This document shows, piece after piece, positions 54,012 through 63,941 of a DNA stretch of 64,000 nt. Where the stretch lies: contig JAGRNR010000007.1 of the NCBI GenBank assembly GCA_020440645.1, positions 7,366 to 71,365 on the forward strand, in the 5' to 3' direction. The translations under genes were made by a program, and so were the position numbers. Origin of the DNA: a bacterium. Lineage in GTDB: Bacteria; 4484-113; JAFGCY01. Numbering within the stretch: the first letter of the stretch is position 1; each line of letters starts with the position of its first letter. The notes beneath the pieces are model-generated. The model was not told where the DNA came from and did not search any database. It saw only the letters and a program-made list of their open reading frames with translations.

Positions 54012-55667
54012 CTAGAACTTGAACACCCAGTCCACCTGCACGATCTGGCGGTCGTCCAGGCTGCTGGGGATCTGGAATCCATACGCGTTGTGCATCTTCT
54101 GCAGGATGTAGGTGATGCCGAGGGTGCAGTTCGGGGCCCAGATGTATGCCCAGTGCCACTCGAAGCTGTTGCGGTTCGCACCACCGGTGTCTGAGTCGCC
54201 GAGGCCGTGGACGATCGCGTTGCCGCCGATCTCCTTGTAGCGGGCGAAGGTGAACCAGTCACCGCACTCCTTGGGCTTGTCGCCCCACTGCGCACCGGCA
54301 ACCCAGCCGCTGTCGTCGCTGGTCTCGTAGATGATCGGGGAGGCCAGGCCCTGGTTGACGATCGCGATGTTGTCCTCCGCGTCGCTGTCACAGGACATCA
54401 TGTACTCACCGTAGATCTTGAACGGCTTGTCGTCCCAGGCACAGTCCCAGGTGTACTGCAGGCCGGCCTTGTAGACACTGAAGTTGCTGTTGAAGCGGTC
54501 GAGGCCGTTGACGGCCCCGTCGCCATTGAAATCGAACACGCTGCCGTCAGCCAGCACGAGGCCGTTGCCGGTGAAGTACTCATCCAGCAGCTGGTTCTCG
54601 AGTTTCCAGCCGTAGCTGCCGATCCAGGCATCAAGGCCATCGAACAGGAAGTCGTCATGGCGCAGCTCGGTGGCGAAGAAGTAGGTGTCGTCATCGAAGT
54701 AGTCGCTGCCGTTCTTCTCGACGAAAACGCTGGCGACACTGGTCAGCTGGAAGTCCTGGTTGAAGTGGTAAACGAAACCGAGACCCTGCAGGTTCACGTC
54801 GCCATCCAGCACCATCTCATTCGGGTCGGTGAGGATGTTCGGGTAGATACCGGCATAGATGTCGATCTTGCTCTTGCACTCGCACTTCAGGTCCTCGCAC
54901 TTGGCACATTCGTTGCAGCCGCCGCAGCCACCGCAGTTCGGCTTCGGCTTCTCGCAATCCTGGTACCAGCCGAACCAGCCCGGGCTGTACTTGACATAGG
55001 CCTCGTGCAGGAAGATGTCCGCCGTACGGCCCTGGTTGCCAAGCGTGTGGTTGCCGGAGGTGGCATCGTTGCCTGTCTGGGTCTGGAACTGCCAGGCCAG
55101 CATCACGCAGTCGTTGATCTGCTTGCTGTAGCCCAGTTTGAAACGGATGCGCTGGCGGAACCGGTTGCGGTTCGCATAGTCCTGGAACTCCCAGCGGTAA
55201 CGCAGCTCACCCTTCCAGGCCGGGCCGGGCTTGAGGTCCTTGACCTTGCCCTCGAGGTCGCCGATCCGGTTGGTGTTGTCCGCCACACTACCTTCAAGAT
55301 CCGAGATGGTCGAGTTCATGTCGTTGACCTGGTTGCCCAGGGCATCAACCCGCCCGCCGAGGCTGGCAAGCTGGTCAGAGAATTCCGCGCGAAGGGTTTC
55401 GGCCATGATGTTGATGTCTTCGGGCGAACCCTCACCAACAGTGTCGAGCAGACGGGCGATCGCCTGGGCGAACTCGTAACGCGTCAGCGTACGGTCACCC
55501 TTGAAGAACCCGTCCGGATAACCTTCCAGCACACCGCGGTGCGTCAGGTAATCCAGGGCGTTGTAGGCCCAGTGGTCGGTGGACACGTCGTCATAGGCGG
55601 AACCCGCCCAGGCAACGGAGCATCCAAGGACCATGCAGGCCAGCAGGGAGAGTGCAAACCTCTTCAT
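54012..55667 (-). CDS. OmpM-like outer-membrane porin (SLH, coiled coil, beta-barrel), paralogue 2
   Basis: ORF to 55760. ATG 55667 is preferred (signal peptide MKRFALSLLACMVLGCSVAWA). DHWAYNALDYLTHRGVLEGYPDGFFKGDRTLTRYEFAQAIARLL. Ends ...VQVDWVFKF. Colinear with paralogue 1, including a Cys-rich insert. Confidence 0.8.
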   Translation of the reverse strand: MKRFALSLLACMVLGCSVAWAGSAYDDVSTDHWAYNALDYLTHRGVLEGYPDGFFKGDRTLTRYEFAQAIARLLDTVGEGSPEDINIMAETLRAEFSDQLASLGGRVDALGNQVNDMNSTISDLEGSVADNTNRIGDLEGKVKDLKPGPAWKGELRYRWEFQDYANRNRFRQRIRFKLGYSKQINDCVMLAWQFQTQTGNDATSGNHTLGNQGRTADIFLHEAYVKYSPGWFGWYQDCEKPKPNCGGCGGCNECAKCEDLKCECKSKIDIYAGIYPNILTDPNEMVLDGDVNLQGLGFVYHFNQDFQLTSVASVFVEKNGSDYFDDDTYFFATELRHDDFLFDGLDAWIGSYGWKLENQLLDEYFTGNGLVLADGSVFDFNGDGAVNGLDRFNSNFSVYKAGLQYTWDCAWDDKPFKIYGEYMMSCDSDAEDNIAIVNQGLASPIIYETSDDSGWVAGAQWGDKPKECGDWFTFARYKEIGGNAIVHGLGDSDTGGANRNSFEWHWAYIWAPNCTLGITYILQKMHNAYGFQIPSSLDDRQIVQVDWVFKF

Positions 55668-55976
55668 CCTACATACCTCACAGAAAGTATTTCCCATTGC
55701 AGGGATGGCAACACCTCCTGCGCCCGACCAGCTGCTTGAACTACGGACGTGCGCGTCCAAAGGTGCTCAGGAAAGGTTATTAGGCAAGGATGAAGATGGA
55801 GTGAGCATCACCTGTGCTTTGGGAAATTGACCAGGCTTCAATCTGATGCCAGGCTCGGCGTTGCCAGGATGCCTCAGGCCACTACTGGATTGGCAGGACT
55901 GGTTTCCACACCGAATCCTCAATCAGGAATGTATCCGCTTCCTGAAAGCGAGTTGCCCATCGCCGTGAAGGAATCC

Positions 55977-57224
55977 TCACGAATTGCGCTGGATGAAGCC
56001 AACAAGTCGTTTCACGCCTTCTTCCATGTCCGCGCGCGGCGCAGCAAAGCTCACCCTCACACAGCGGGCCGCCAGCGCATTCGGCTCAAATCCCAGGTTC
56101 CCGTCACCATCCCGGCTGCCAACCAGGCCGAATCCGCTGCCAGGCACCACCGCCACATGTTCCTCAGCCAGCAACCTGTCGGCGAAGGTGTCGCCATCCA
56201 TCCCGGTCGGGGAAATGTCAATGAAGTAGAACAGCCCGCCATCCGGCTGGGCGAACTTCAGTCCGCACCCTGCCAGCAGTTCGCCGGCCAGTTTCCATCG
56301 TTCCAGCAATGCGTCACGTCGCTCAGCAGTGTCGTCAACTTCCAGTGCACGCACCATTGCAAGCTGGATGGGTGTTGTCAGCGAACCGGTCAGCGGCTCG
56401 TTCATCAGCTCCAGCCGGAACGCCGCCTCATCATTCGGGGCCACCATGTATCCCATGCGCAGGCCGGTGGCGGCATAACTCTTGGAGAAGCTGTACACCG
56501 CGATCACGCGGCGCTCTTCCTCCGTGTACTCCCAGTCAATGCTCAGCGGTGACAGGTACTCGCCACGATATACGAAGTCACTGTATGCCTCATCGGAAAT
56601 GATCCAGAGATTGTGGCGACGGGCGAGTTCGTACAGTGCCCTTACAGTCTCCGGGGGGAACAGCACACCCGTCGGGTTACTCGGGGTGTTGATCAGCATC
56701 GCCCGGGTATCAGGCGTAACCTGCTGCTCCAGCTTCTCCAGCACGGGCTGGAAGCTCTCATCAAGTTCGTAGGGATCGACCTCAACCCCCGCCAGCGTGC
56801 TCTGCTGGATGTAGTTCGGGAAGTAGATCATCGGGAACAGCACGCGCCTGCCGCTGTCAACGCAAAGCTGCAGGCTGCTGTTCAGCGCCTGGGTGGCACC
56901 CTGGCTGACGATCACGCGATTGCGCGGGATTTCAATTCCCATTCGTCTCTGACGGTGACTAACAATCGCATCGCGCAGGGCGGGGATGCCAGCCATCGGT
57001 GAATAATGGGTATGGCCTGCGGCAATTGCGTCACTGACTCCGTCGGCAATGCGCTGCGGCATGTCGAAGTCAGGGTCCCCGATGTGCAGGCCGTATACCT
57101 TCACCCCTTCGCTGCTCAGCGCAAAGGCGGAGGTGAACAGGCGGCGGATGCTGCTGCGAGGCATCACGCTTGCGCGTGTGCTTAGCTCAGGGCCGGTGCC
57201 GGATTGCTGCGGGGCTGGGGACAT
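55977..57224 (-). CDS. Class I/II PLP-dependent aminotransferase (aspartate aminotransferase-like)
   Basis: PLP-Lys motif YSFSKSYAATGLRMGY, plus INTPSNPTG. TAGAAT lies 6 nt before ATG 57224. Confidence 0.9.
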   Translation of the reverse strand: MSPAPQQSGTGPELSTRASVMPRSSIRRLFTSAFALSSEGVKVYGLHIGDPDFDMPQRIADGVSDAIAAGHTHYSPMAGIPALRDAIVSHRQRRMGIEIPRNRVIVSQGATQALNSSLQLCVDSGRRVLFPMIYFPNYIQQSTLAGVEVDPYELDESFQPVLEKLEQQVTPDTRAMLINTPSNPTGVLFPPETVRALYELARRHNLWIISDEAYSDFVYRGEYLSPLSIDWEYTEEERRVIAVYSFSKSYAATGLRMGYMVAPNDEAAFRLELMNEPLTGSLTTPIQLAMVRALEVDDTAERRDALLERWKLAGELLAGCGLKFAQPDGGLFYFIDISPTGMDGDTFADRLLAEEHVAVVPGSGFGLVGSRDGDGNLGFEPNALAARCVRVSFAAPRADMEEGVKRLVGFIQRNS

Positions 57225-57266
57225 GCGCTCATTCTAGCCGCTGCCAGCCAGGGGCTGGACTTCCCG

Positions 57267-57635
57267 TCAGTCTGTGCTTACGGTTTCGATCCGCCTGCTG
57301 TGTTCAACACTGCCCAGTCCGACGGACTCGATGCGGGCATCGAAATCGTTGATCATTTCAGGCAGGCTTGTGCTGCCGGCTTCGAAATAGACCTCAAGCT
57401 CGAGGCTGCCCTGGAATGAGCTTGCTGAGTAGCGGCCCGGGCTGCAGGCTTCAATCAGGCAAATGCAGTCCCCCTGGCATTCCTGCATCGGGCTCAGGAC
57501 TGTAACGGCATCGCTGAACAGTCCAGGCAGGAAGGGGTCTATCTCAGCGGGCAGCCTGTAGCGCACATAGCAGGCATCTATCCCGGCCGGGATATGGTTG
57601 GCCCTGACCTGCATGACTTCCCTGATAGCACTCAT
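57267..57635 (-). CDS. Hypothetical small protein
   Basis: 122-aa ORF between two confident genes. Contains a Cys-rich patch (ECQGDCICLIEAC). No family recognised. Confidence 0.45.
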   Translation of the reverse strand: MSAIREVMQVRANHIPAGIDACYVRYRLPAEIDPFLPGLFSDAVTVLSPMQECQGDCICLIEACSPGRYSASSFQGSLELEVYFEAGSTSLPEMINDFDARIESVGLGSVEHSRRIETVSTD

Positions 57636-57814
57636 TCAAATCCCTAGCGGTTCGTTTTGAACCGGTACAAGCTATACGCTAGCACTTACCTTGATTACCG
57701 ATGGAAAATCTAATCGGCAATTAACCATCCTGTTGGCAGTTGAAATACGGTTTCAATATCGACAGCCGCCAGCGGGGATTTAGGGTTCATGCTCCTGCTC
57801 GCTAGAATAGTCAT

Positions 57815-59785
57815 ATGTCCAGCGAAATGTACAGGCCCGATCCGCGGCTGGTGGCTGCCAGCAACATGAATGAATTCATGGAACAGCTGCAACGCAGTGG
57901 GGTGGAGAACATAGTCGACTACAGTCACCTGTACGACTGGTCCATCCAGCATCCAGGAGTGTTCTGGAAGGAGTTCTGGGACTTCAGCGGAATAGTTGCC
58001 AGTGCGGCTCCCAGGGCGATCCTGCAGGGAGGCGAGCTGGTCCGTCCGCCGCATGAAGGGCTGCCCCAATGGTTCGAGGGGGCACGCCTCAACTTTGCAG
58101 AGAACCTGCTCCGGCATCGCGGCGATGGCGAGGCAATTGTCTTCTGGAATGAGGAGGGTCGCTGCCAGTCGCTGACATTCGACCAGCTTTACCAGGAGGT
58201 TGCCATCCTGCAGATGGCACTCATCGGCCAGGGCGTCAAGGCCGGGGACCGTGTGGCCGGCTTCATGCCCAACATGCCGCAGACCATCATCTGCATGCTG
58301 GCAACGGCTTCGCTGGGTGCGATCTGGAGTTCCTGTTCGCCGGACTTCGGCGAGAAAGGAGTGATCGACCGCTTCGGCCAGATCGAGCCGCGCGTGCTGT
58401 TCACGGCGGATGCCTACCTGTTCAAGGGCAGGCGGCATGACTGCCTCGGGCGTGTGAGGAACTTCGCCAGCGAACTGAACCTTGAGCGCATCGTGGTCGT
58501 GCCCTACATGGAGGAGCAGCCGGACATCAGCGGCATGCCCGGCACACTGCTCTACGCCGACTTCGTTGCAGAGGCCGGCGGGGGAGGGGAGATGAGCTTC
58601 GCCCAGCTGCCCTTCGACCACCCGCTCTACATCATGTACAGCAGCGGCACCACCGGCCTGCCGAAGTGCATGGTGCACGGCGCCGGCGGCACCCTGATCC
58701 AGCACCTGAAGGAACACATGCTGCACACGGACGTGAAGCCCGGCGACCGCGTGTTCTACTTCACGACCTGCGGCTGGATGATGTGGAACTGGCTCGTTTC
58801 GGCGCTGGCTGTCGGTGCGACCGTCGTGCTGTTCGATGGCAACCCGTTTGCGCCGGATGCCGCCCACCTGTGGCGGATGGCGGAACAGGAGAGGCTGAAC
58901 GTGTTCGGCACCAGTGCCAAGTACATCGCCCTGCTGGAGAAGGAAGGCTACAAGCCCCGTGAACAGCATGACCTGTCCTCACTCAGGGCCATCCTGTCAA
59001 CCGGCTCGCCGCTGGCTCCGGAAAGCTTCGACTACGTCTACCGTGACATCAAGCAGGATCTTTGCCTGGCGAGCATCTCAGGTGGGACGGACATCATCTC
59101 CTGCTTCGCGCTTGGCAATCCGATTGCTCCCGTCTACCGCGGTGAGCTGCAGACACGCGGGCTTGGGATGCGGGTCGAGGTGTTCGACTCCGATGGCAAC
59201 AGCCTGCCGGTTGGTGAGCAGGGCGAGCTGGTCTGCACCGCGCCCTTCCCGAGCATGCCGGTCAGTTTCTGGAATGACCCGGACCGCAGCAAGTACCATG
59301 CGGCATACTTCGCTGAATATGACAATGTCTGGCGGCATGGTGACTGGGTGGAACTGACGGAGACTGGCGGGATGGTGATCTACGGCCGCAGCGACGCCAC
59401 GCTCAACCCGGGCGGGGTGCGCATCGGCACAGCCGAGATCTACCGGCAGGTGGAGGGCTTCCCGGAGATCATGGAAGCGCTTGTCATCGGACAGGACTGG
59501 GACAATGATGTGCGCATCGTGCTGTTCGTGCGCATGCAGCCGGGGCAGCAGCTCACAGAGGAGCTGATGGACCGTATCAGGAAGACGATCCGTGCCAACG
59601 CCAGTCCGTACCATGTCCCGAAGAAGATCATTGAGGTGGCGGACATCCCGCGTACCATCTCCGGCAAGATCACCGAGCTCGCCGTGCGCAACATCGTGCA
59701 TGGCCGCCCGGTGAAGAATGCTGACGCACTTGCCAACCCGGAAGCGCTTGAGCTGTACAGGGACCTGGCGGAGTTGCAGAGTTGA
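57815..59785 (+). CDS. Acetoacetate-CoA ligase (acetoacetyl-CoA synthetase)
   Basis: N-terminus ...YDWSIQHPGVFWKEFWDF and AMP-binding motif YIMYSSGTTGLPKCMVHG. 656 aa. TAGAAT lies 6 nt before the ATG. Confidence 0.9.
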   Translation: MSSEMYRPDPRLVAASNMNEFMEQLQRSGVENIVDYSHLYDWSIQHPGVFWKEFWDFSGIVASAAPRAILQGGELVRPPHEGLPQWFEGARLNFAENLLRHRGDGEAIVFWNEEGRCQSLTFDQLYQEVAILQMALIGQGVKAGDRVAGFMPNMPQTIICMLATASLGAIWSSCSPDFGEKGVIDRFGQIEPRVLFTADAYLFKGRRHDCLGRVRNFASELNLERIVVVPYMEEQPDISGMPGTLLYADFVAEAGGGGEMSFAQLPFDHPLYIMYSSGTTGLPKCMVHGAGGTLIQHLKEHMLHTDVKPGDRVFYFTTCGWMMWNWLVSALAVGATVVLFDGNPFAPDAAHLWRMAEQERLNVFGTSAKYIALLEKEGYKPREQHDLSSLRAILSTGSPLAPESFDYVYRDIKQDLCLASISGGTDIISCFALGNPIAPVYRGELQTRGLGMRVEVFDSDGNSLPVGEQGELVCTAPFPSMPVSFWNDPDRSKYHAAYFAEYDNVWRHGDWVELTETGGMVIYGRSDATLNPGGVRIGTAEIYRQVEGFPEIMEALVIGQDWDNDVRIVLFVRMQPGQQLTEELMDRIRKTIRANASPYHVPKKIIEVADIPRTISGKITELAVRNIVHGRPVKNADALANPEALELYRDLAELQS

Positions 59786-59859
59786 GAACCAGCCTTTGAA
59801 ATTGTGACGGACTATGGACATTGAACGGGCCGGAATAAAATCAGGAATGGGAGTTGACA

Positions 59860-60651
59860 ATGGGAATTGAGCTGAAACCTCTTGGCTGGCTGCATTACTG
59901 CCTCAACGTTGTTGATATTGAGAAGTCCTGCGACTTCTACGAGAAGATCGGATTCGTGCAGGTCGATGGCGAGCGCTCACAGGGTTGGGCTGTCATGCAT
60001 AATGCGACCACTGAACTTGCTTTGTACAGCGGCCATGGAGAAGAAGGGGCGACCACGCTCAACTTTCGTGGTGCCAACATCGATGAGCTGGCCGAACGGG
60101 TGCGCAGCGCAGGCATCGCATTCCTTACTGAACCGAAGACCAACGGACAGGGCAGTGGCAGCTTCATGCTGGACGACCCGGCAGGCAACCGGCTGTTCAT
60201 GGACACGGCGCCGGATGAGCTGGAACGCTTCCTGGCTGGCAACCGGCTGGGTGTCGGCGACTCCGACGGCAGCCTGGCGGAGGGCCAGCCCCTGATTGGC
60301 GTGATGTCGGTCTGCTGCTTCGTTGACAACCTGCAGGACTGCATAGACTGGTGGGTAGGGCTCGGGATGCCCCTCAGCCTGGACATGCGCCAGTACGGAT
60401 TCGTCGTGCTCTCCGACGGCTGGTGCAAGATCGCTCTGATGTCCACGGACCACCAGGGCAGCTGGCCGAAGCAGATCATTAATTTCAGGGGTGGCGATGT
60501 ACAGGCGATTGCGGATCGCCTGAAGGCAGCCGGGCTGGAGCTGAGCTATGATGCCAGGCATGAAAGTGACGACAGCTGGGGTACTGAACTCAAGGACCCC
60601 GATGGCTACGTGAGCTACTTCAACACCGGCGCCGATGAAAGGTTGTACTGA
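59860..60651 (+). CDS. Two-domain VOC (glyoxalase/bleomycin-resistance fold) protein
   Basis: LHYCLNVVDIEKSCDFYEKIGF...FMLDDPAGNRLFMD, with a second similar half. ATG 59860 is preferred over TTG 59854. Confidence 0.75.
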   Translation: MGIELKPLGWLHYCLNVVDIEKSCDFYEKIGFVQVDGERSQGWAVMHNATTELALYSGHGEEGATTLNFRGANIDELAERVRSAGIAFLTEPKTNGQGSGSFMLDDPAGNRLFMDTAPDELERFLAGNRLGVGDSDGSLAEGQPLIGVMSVCCFVDNLQDCIDWWVGLGMPLSLDMRQYGFVVLSDGWCKIALMSTDHQGSWPKQIINFRGGDVQAIADRLKAAGLELSYDARHESDDSWGTELKDPDGYVSYFNTGADERLY

Positions 60652-60672
60652 GCGGCGTGATATATAGGCAGC

Positions 60673-61743
60673 ATGTCCGCACTGTTTGAACCCCTCGAGC
60701 TACGCTCGGTCACCCTGCGAAACCGCATCGGCATGAGTCCGATGTGCATGTATTCCTGTGAAGGGATGGACGGCATGCCCAACGCATGGCATATGTCGCA
60801 CCTCGGCTCGCGGGCAGCAGGCGGTTGCTCGCTGGTCATCGCTGAGGCTTCCGCGGTCGAACCTGAAGGAAGGATCAGCCCGCAGGATGCCGGCATCTGG
60901 AATGACGGGCAGGCCGCGGCCTGGGCTCCGGTAGCAGCATTCATTGAGTCCCAGGGGGCCGTGCCCTCCATCCAGATCGCGCATGCCGGACGCAAGGCCG
61001 GGACGAAGCGCCCGTCGGATGGCCGCGGCATAGTTGACGAGGCGAATGCCTGGCAGGCCGTCGCTCCCAGCGCAGTACCGTTTGATGCAGGCTGGCGCAT
61101 CCCGCATGAACTGACGGTCAGCGAACTGGCAACACTGAAACAGAAATGGGTCGATGCCGCAGTGCGCTCACAGCAGGCTGGATTCAGGCTGCTGGAAGTG
61201 CATAATGCCCATGGTTACCTGCTGCACAGCTTCCTTTCCCCGTTGTCAAATCTCCGCTCTGATGAGTATGGCGGCAGTCGCGAAAACCGCATGCGCTTTC
61301 CGCTGGAAGTGGTGGAGGCGGTGCGTGCAGTATGGCCGGATGAGCTGCCGCTGGCGGTGCGGATCAGCGGCACGGACTGGCATCCTGATGGCTGGAGTGT
61401 TGATGACAGCGTGGCCTACGCCCGTGAGCTGAAGCAGCTCGGCGTTGACATCATTGACTGCAGCAGCGGTGGCAACATCCCGAAGGCGGACATCCCGGTC
61501 GGCCCCGGCTACCAGGTGCACATTGCAGAGCGCGTGCGCAGTGAGGCGGGGATCCCAACGATGGCGGTCGGCATGATCACCGAGGCGCAGCAGGCCGAGG
61601 ACATCATTGCCAACGGCAGGGCGGACATGGTGCTGCTGGCCCGTGAGCTGCTGCGCGAACCCTACTGGGCGATCAAGGCCGCGCGTGAACTGCAGTCACA
61701 GCCGGCCTGGCCCTACCAGTATGGCTGGGCCGTCGGCGGCTGA
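60673..61743 (+). CDS. NADPH dehydrogenase / Old Yellow Enzyme family (YqjM-type)
   Basis: LFEPLELRSVTLRNRIGMSPMCMYSC, HAGRKA and EVHNAHGYLLHSFLSPLSN. TATATA lies 6 nt before the ATG. Confidence 0.9.
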   Translation: MSALFEPLELRSVTLRNRIGMSPMCMYSCEGMDGMPNAWHMSHLGSRAAGGCSLVIAEASAVEPEGRISPQDAGIWNDGQAAAWAPVAAFIESQGAVPSIQIAHAGRKAGTKRPSDGRGIVDEANAWQAVAPSAVPFDAGWRIPHELTVSELATLKQKWVDAAVRSQQAGFRLLEVHNAHGYLLHSFLSPLSNLRSDEYGGSRENRMRFPLEVVEAVRAVWPDELPLAVRISGTDWHPDGWSVDDSVAYARELKQLGVDIIDCSSGGNIPKADIPVGPGYQVHIAERVRSEAGIPTMAVGMITEAQQAEDIIANGRADMVLLARELLREPYWAIKAARELQSQPAWPYQYGWAVGG

Positions 61744-61759
61744 TTGCTAGAATAGCCAG

Positions 61760-62368
61760 ATGAACCATCCACCACGTCCGGATCCAGATGATCCGTATGC
61801 AAAGCTGTTGACAAAGTACAGCCGCTTCGCTTCCCCGCAATTCAAAAACTGCCTTGTACTGAGTGCTGAGTGGATTGATGACTTAATCGCTGACTGCCGG
61901 GACATGAGCATTGCCCTGCGAGGACTTTCATACATTGACATCCGCCATACCGAGTACATCAGTGGTAGAGCATTTATTTTCGGCGGTATCAACCGCTTTA
62001 ACTGGGGTGAGTATCGCAATGACTGCCTTGAAGCGGCCCGCGAGAGATTGCTTTTGCTGAAGGACAGCATGCCCGAAGGCGTGGATAGGGTCATTTCTCT
62101 GGAGTACTGCACCGAATCCAACTGGATTGCAGTCCGTGATGATGCGCTGCTTGAAGCAAGCGCGATTGACTGGGATGCGACCGTCACGCATGCGATGGGC
62201 AACCAGATTCTGTTGGAGGCCAGGGTTGCGGATCCAGAAAGCTACCGGAAGATGGTTGGACCATGGAAATCATTCCAGGAATCGCCAGTAGGTCGCTGTA
62301 TCTTCGGTCCCATAGGCTGCCTGCTGCTGATAGCTGTTGTTGTCACCGTCTGGCTGCTGCTTCGCTGA
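61760..62368 (+). CDS. Hypothetical protein with C-terminal TM helix
   Basis: 202 aa with lower GC. TGcTAGAAT lies 6 nt before the ATG and overlaps the upstream stop codon. C-terminal GCLLLIAVVVTVWLLL. Confidence 0.55.
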   Translation: MNHPPRPDPDDPYAKLLTKYSRFASPQFKNCLVLSAEWIDDLIADCRDMSIALRGLSYIDIRHTEYISGRAFIFGGINRFNWGEYRNDCLEAARERLLLLKDSMPEGVDRVISLEYCTESNWIAVRDDALLEASAIDWDATVTHAMGNQILLEARVADPESYRKMVGPWKSFQESPVGRCIFGPIGCLLLIAVVVTVWLLLR

Positions 62369-62392
62369 TCCGTACTCCGCTATAATCGCCGC

Positions 62393-62878
62393 ATGTCAAT
62401 GCTGCCAATGCTCAAGCGACTGCTGCACCACGACATGTGGGCCAACCGCCGCGCGATCGACATGTCCCGCGCGCTGCCGGAGGAGAGCGAGCGCTGCCGC
62501 AAGCTGATGGCACACATCCTCACCTCCAAGAAGATGTGGCTCGGGCGGATCCACGATACGCCGGATGGCAAGCTGGATTCCTGGCCGGACCTCTCCTGGG
62601 ATGAGGTCGAAGCACTATTGGCCGATATGAATGTCGCGGTGCCGGCTTACCTCGACAGCCTCAGCGAGGAGGACATGCCGCGGGTGATCAGCTACATCAA
62701 CCCAAAGGGTATGCACATTTCAGTGCGTCTCGGCGACATCCTGACCCACAGCATGCTGCACGGCCAGTACCACCGTGCGCAGGTCGCAACTTCCGTCCGT
62801 GAGGCCGGCGGTGAGCCGGTGATGACGGACCTGATCGTGATGGCAATCGGGGAACTGAAGGCTGAGCAGGGCGGCTGA
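62393..62878 (+). CDS. DinB-family protein
   Basis: LLHHDMWANRRAI...ILTHSMLHGQYHRAQV. TATAAT lies 6 nt before the ATG. Confidence 0.8.
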   Translation: MSMLPMLKRLLHHDMWANRRAIDMSRALPEESERCRKLMAHILTSKKMWLGRIHDTPDGKLDSWPDLSWDEVEALLADMNVAVPAYLDSLSEEDMPRVISYINPKGMHISVRLGDILTHSMLHGQYHRAQVATSVREAGGEPVMTDLIVMAIGELKAEQGG

Positions 62879-63095
62879 GCCTTAACTGGCAACAGCCCAT
62901 GTTTCACGCATTTGTCTCAGCCCGCATCAGGGCTTGCGCTTAATCTTAATAAGAAAGATTGCTCGTGAAACGGGTCAATTGAGACACTTTCTCGAACATT
63001 TTGCAAAAGCATTTCGTATATACTAGGTAGCATACTATGCAGGGGCTGCCCCCGTGCGCGGCCCGAACACCAATACAAACCAGGGAGAGACCAGA

Positions 63096-63941
63096 ATGGC
63101 CGAGAAACTGACCTTTGACCAGTTCAAGGAGAAGATCGAGAACACCTTTATGCAGCACCCCGTTGTCGTTGACAACAAGTACTGCCAGTGGTTCCGTGAC
63201 GCCGACCTGACCAAGGAGGAAGTGGCGGCATTCGCCGTGCAGTTCAGCGTGTTCAGCAACCTGTTCCTGCTGGCCTGCCTCAACCGCGTGATCAACGCCG
63301 GCAACCTCGAGAGCGCCCGTGAGACCAAGGAAATCCTCATGAACGAGCTGGGCGTGATCTACAACAACAAGAAGGCTGCCGCGCCTGCCGCCGCGATGAG
63401 CGATGCCGACAAGGACCGCGATGGTGACCCGGCCGTGGTTAGCACCGAGGGCTCCGTCCAGGGTGGTACCTTCCGCTTCCAGGCCGCGCACTTTGAGTGG
63501 CTGCTGAAGTTCGGCGCCCCCGTTGGCCTGACCTTCGACGACATGGGCAAGCGCAAGCACGGCACCAAGGAGACCCTGCACTTCTGTGACGAGCTGTTCC
63601 GCCTGTTCGGTGCTGATGACTACAATGCCGCCCAGGGTTCCAGCTTCGCCATCGAGAACTGGGCCGCCGCCGGCTTCTGGAAGGACCTGATCGCCGGCCT
63701 TGAGAACTTCAAGGCCAACAAGTGCCCCGAGATCCCGCTGGCCTTCTTCACCTGGCATGACAAGATCGAGGAGCAGCACAAGGAGCACGTCTGGGACGAG
63801 CTGCAGGAGATGTTCGAGGAGCCTGAGTTCAACCAGGAGGAGTTCATCCGCGCCGGCATGGAGATGCTGGACGGTACCCAGGTCTTCTGGGATGGCCTGA
63901 TGAAGCAGCGCAACGAGATCGCCGCCAAGGCCCAGGCCTGA
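63096..63941 (+). CDS. Heme-oxygenase-like-fold (TenA/PqqC-like iron-containing redox enzyme family) protein
   Basis: ORF from 63054. ATG 63096 is preferred (GGGAGAG SD). Helical pattern FAVQFSVFSNLFLLACLNRVINAG...MNELGV...FAIENWAAAGFW. The family call is tentative. Confidence 0.5.
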   Translation: MAEKLTFDQFKEKIENTFMQHPVVVDNKYCQWFRDADLTKEEVAAFAVQFSVFSNLFLLACLNRVINAGNLESARETKEILMNELGVIYNNKKAAAPAAAMSDADKDRDGDPAVVSTEGSVQGGTFRFQAAHFEWLLKFGAPVGLTFDDMGKRKHGTKETLHFCDELFRLFGADDYNAAQGSSFAIENWAAAGFWKDLIAGLENFKANKCPEIPLAFFTWHDKIEEQHKEHVWDELQEMFEEPEFNQEEFIRAGMEMLDGTQVFWDGLMKQRNEIAAKAQA

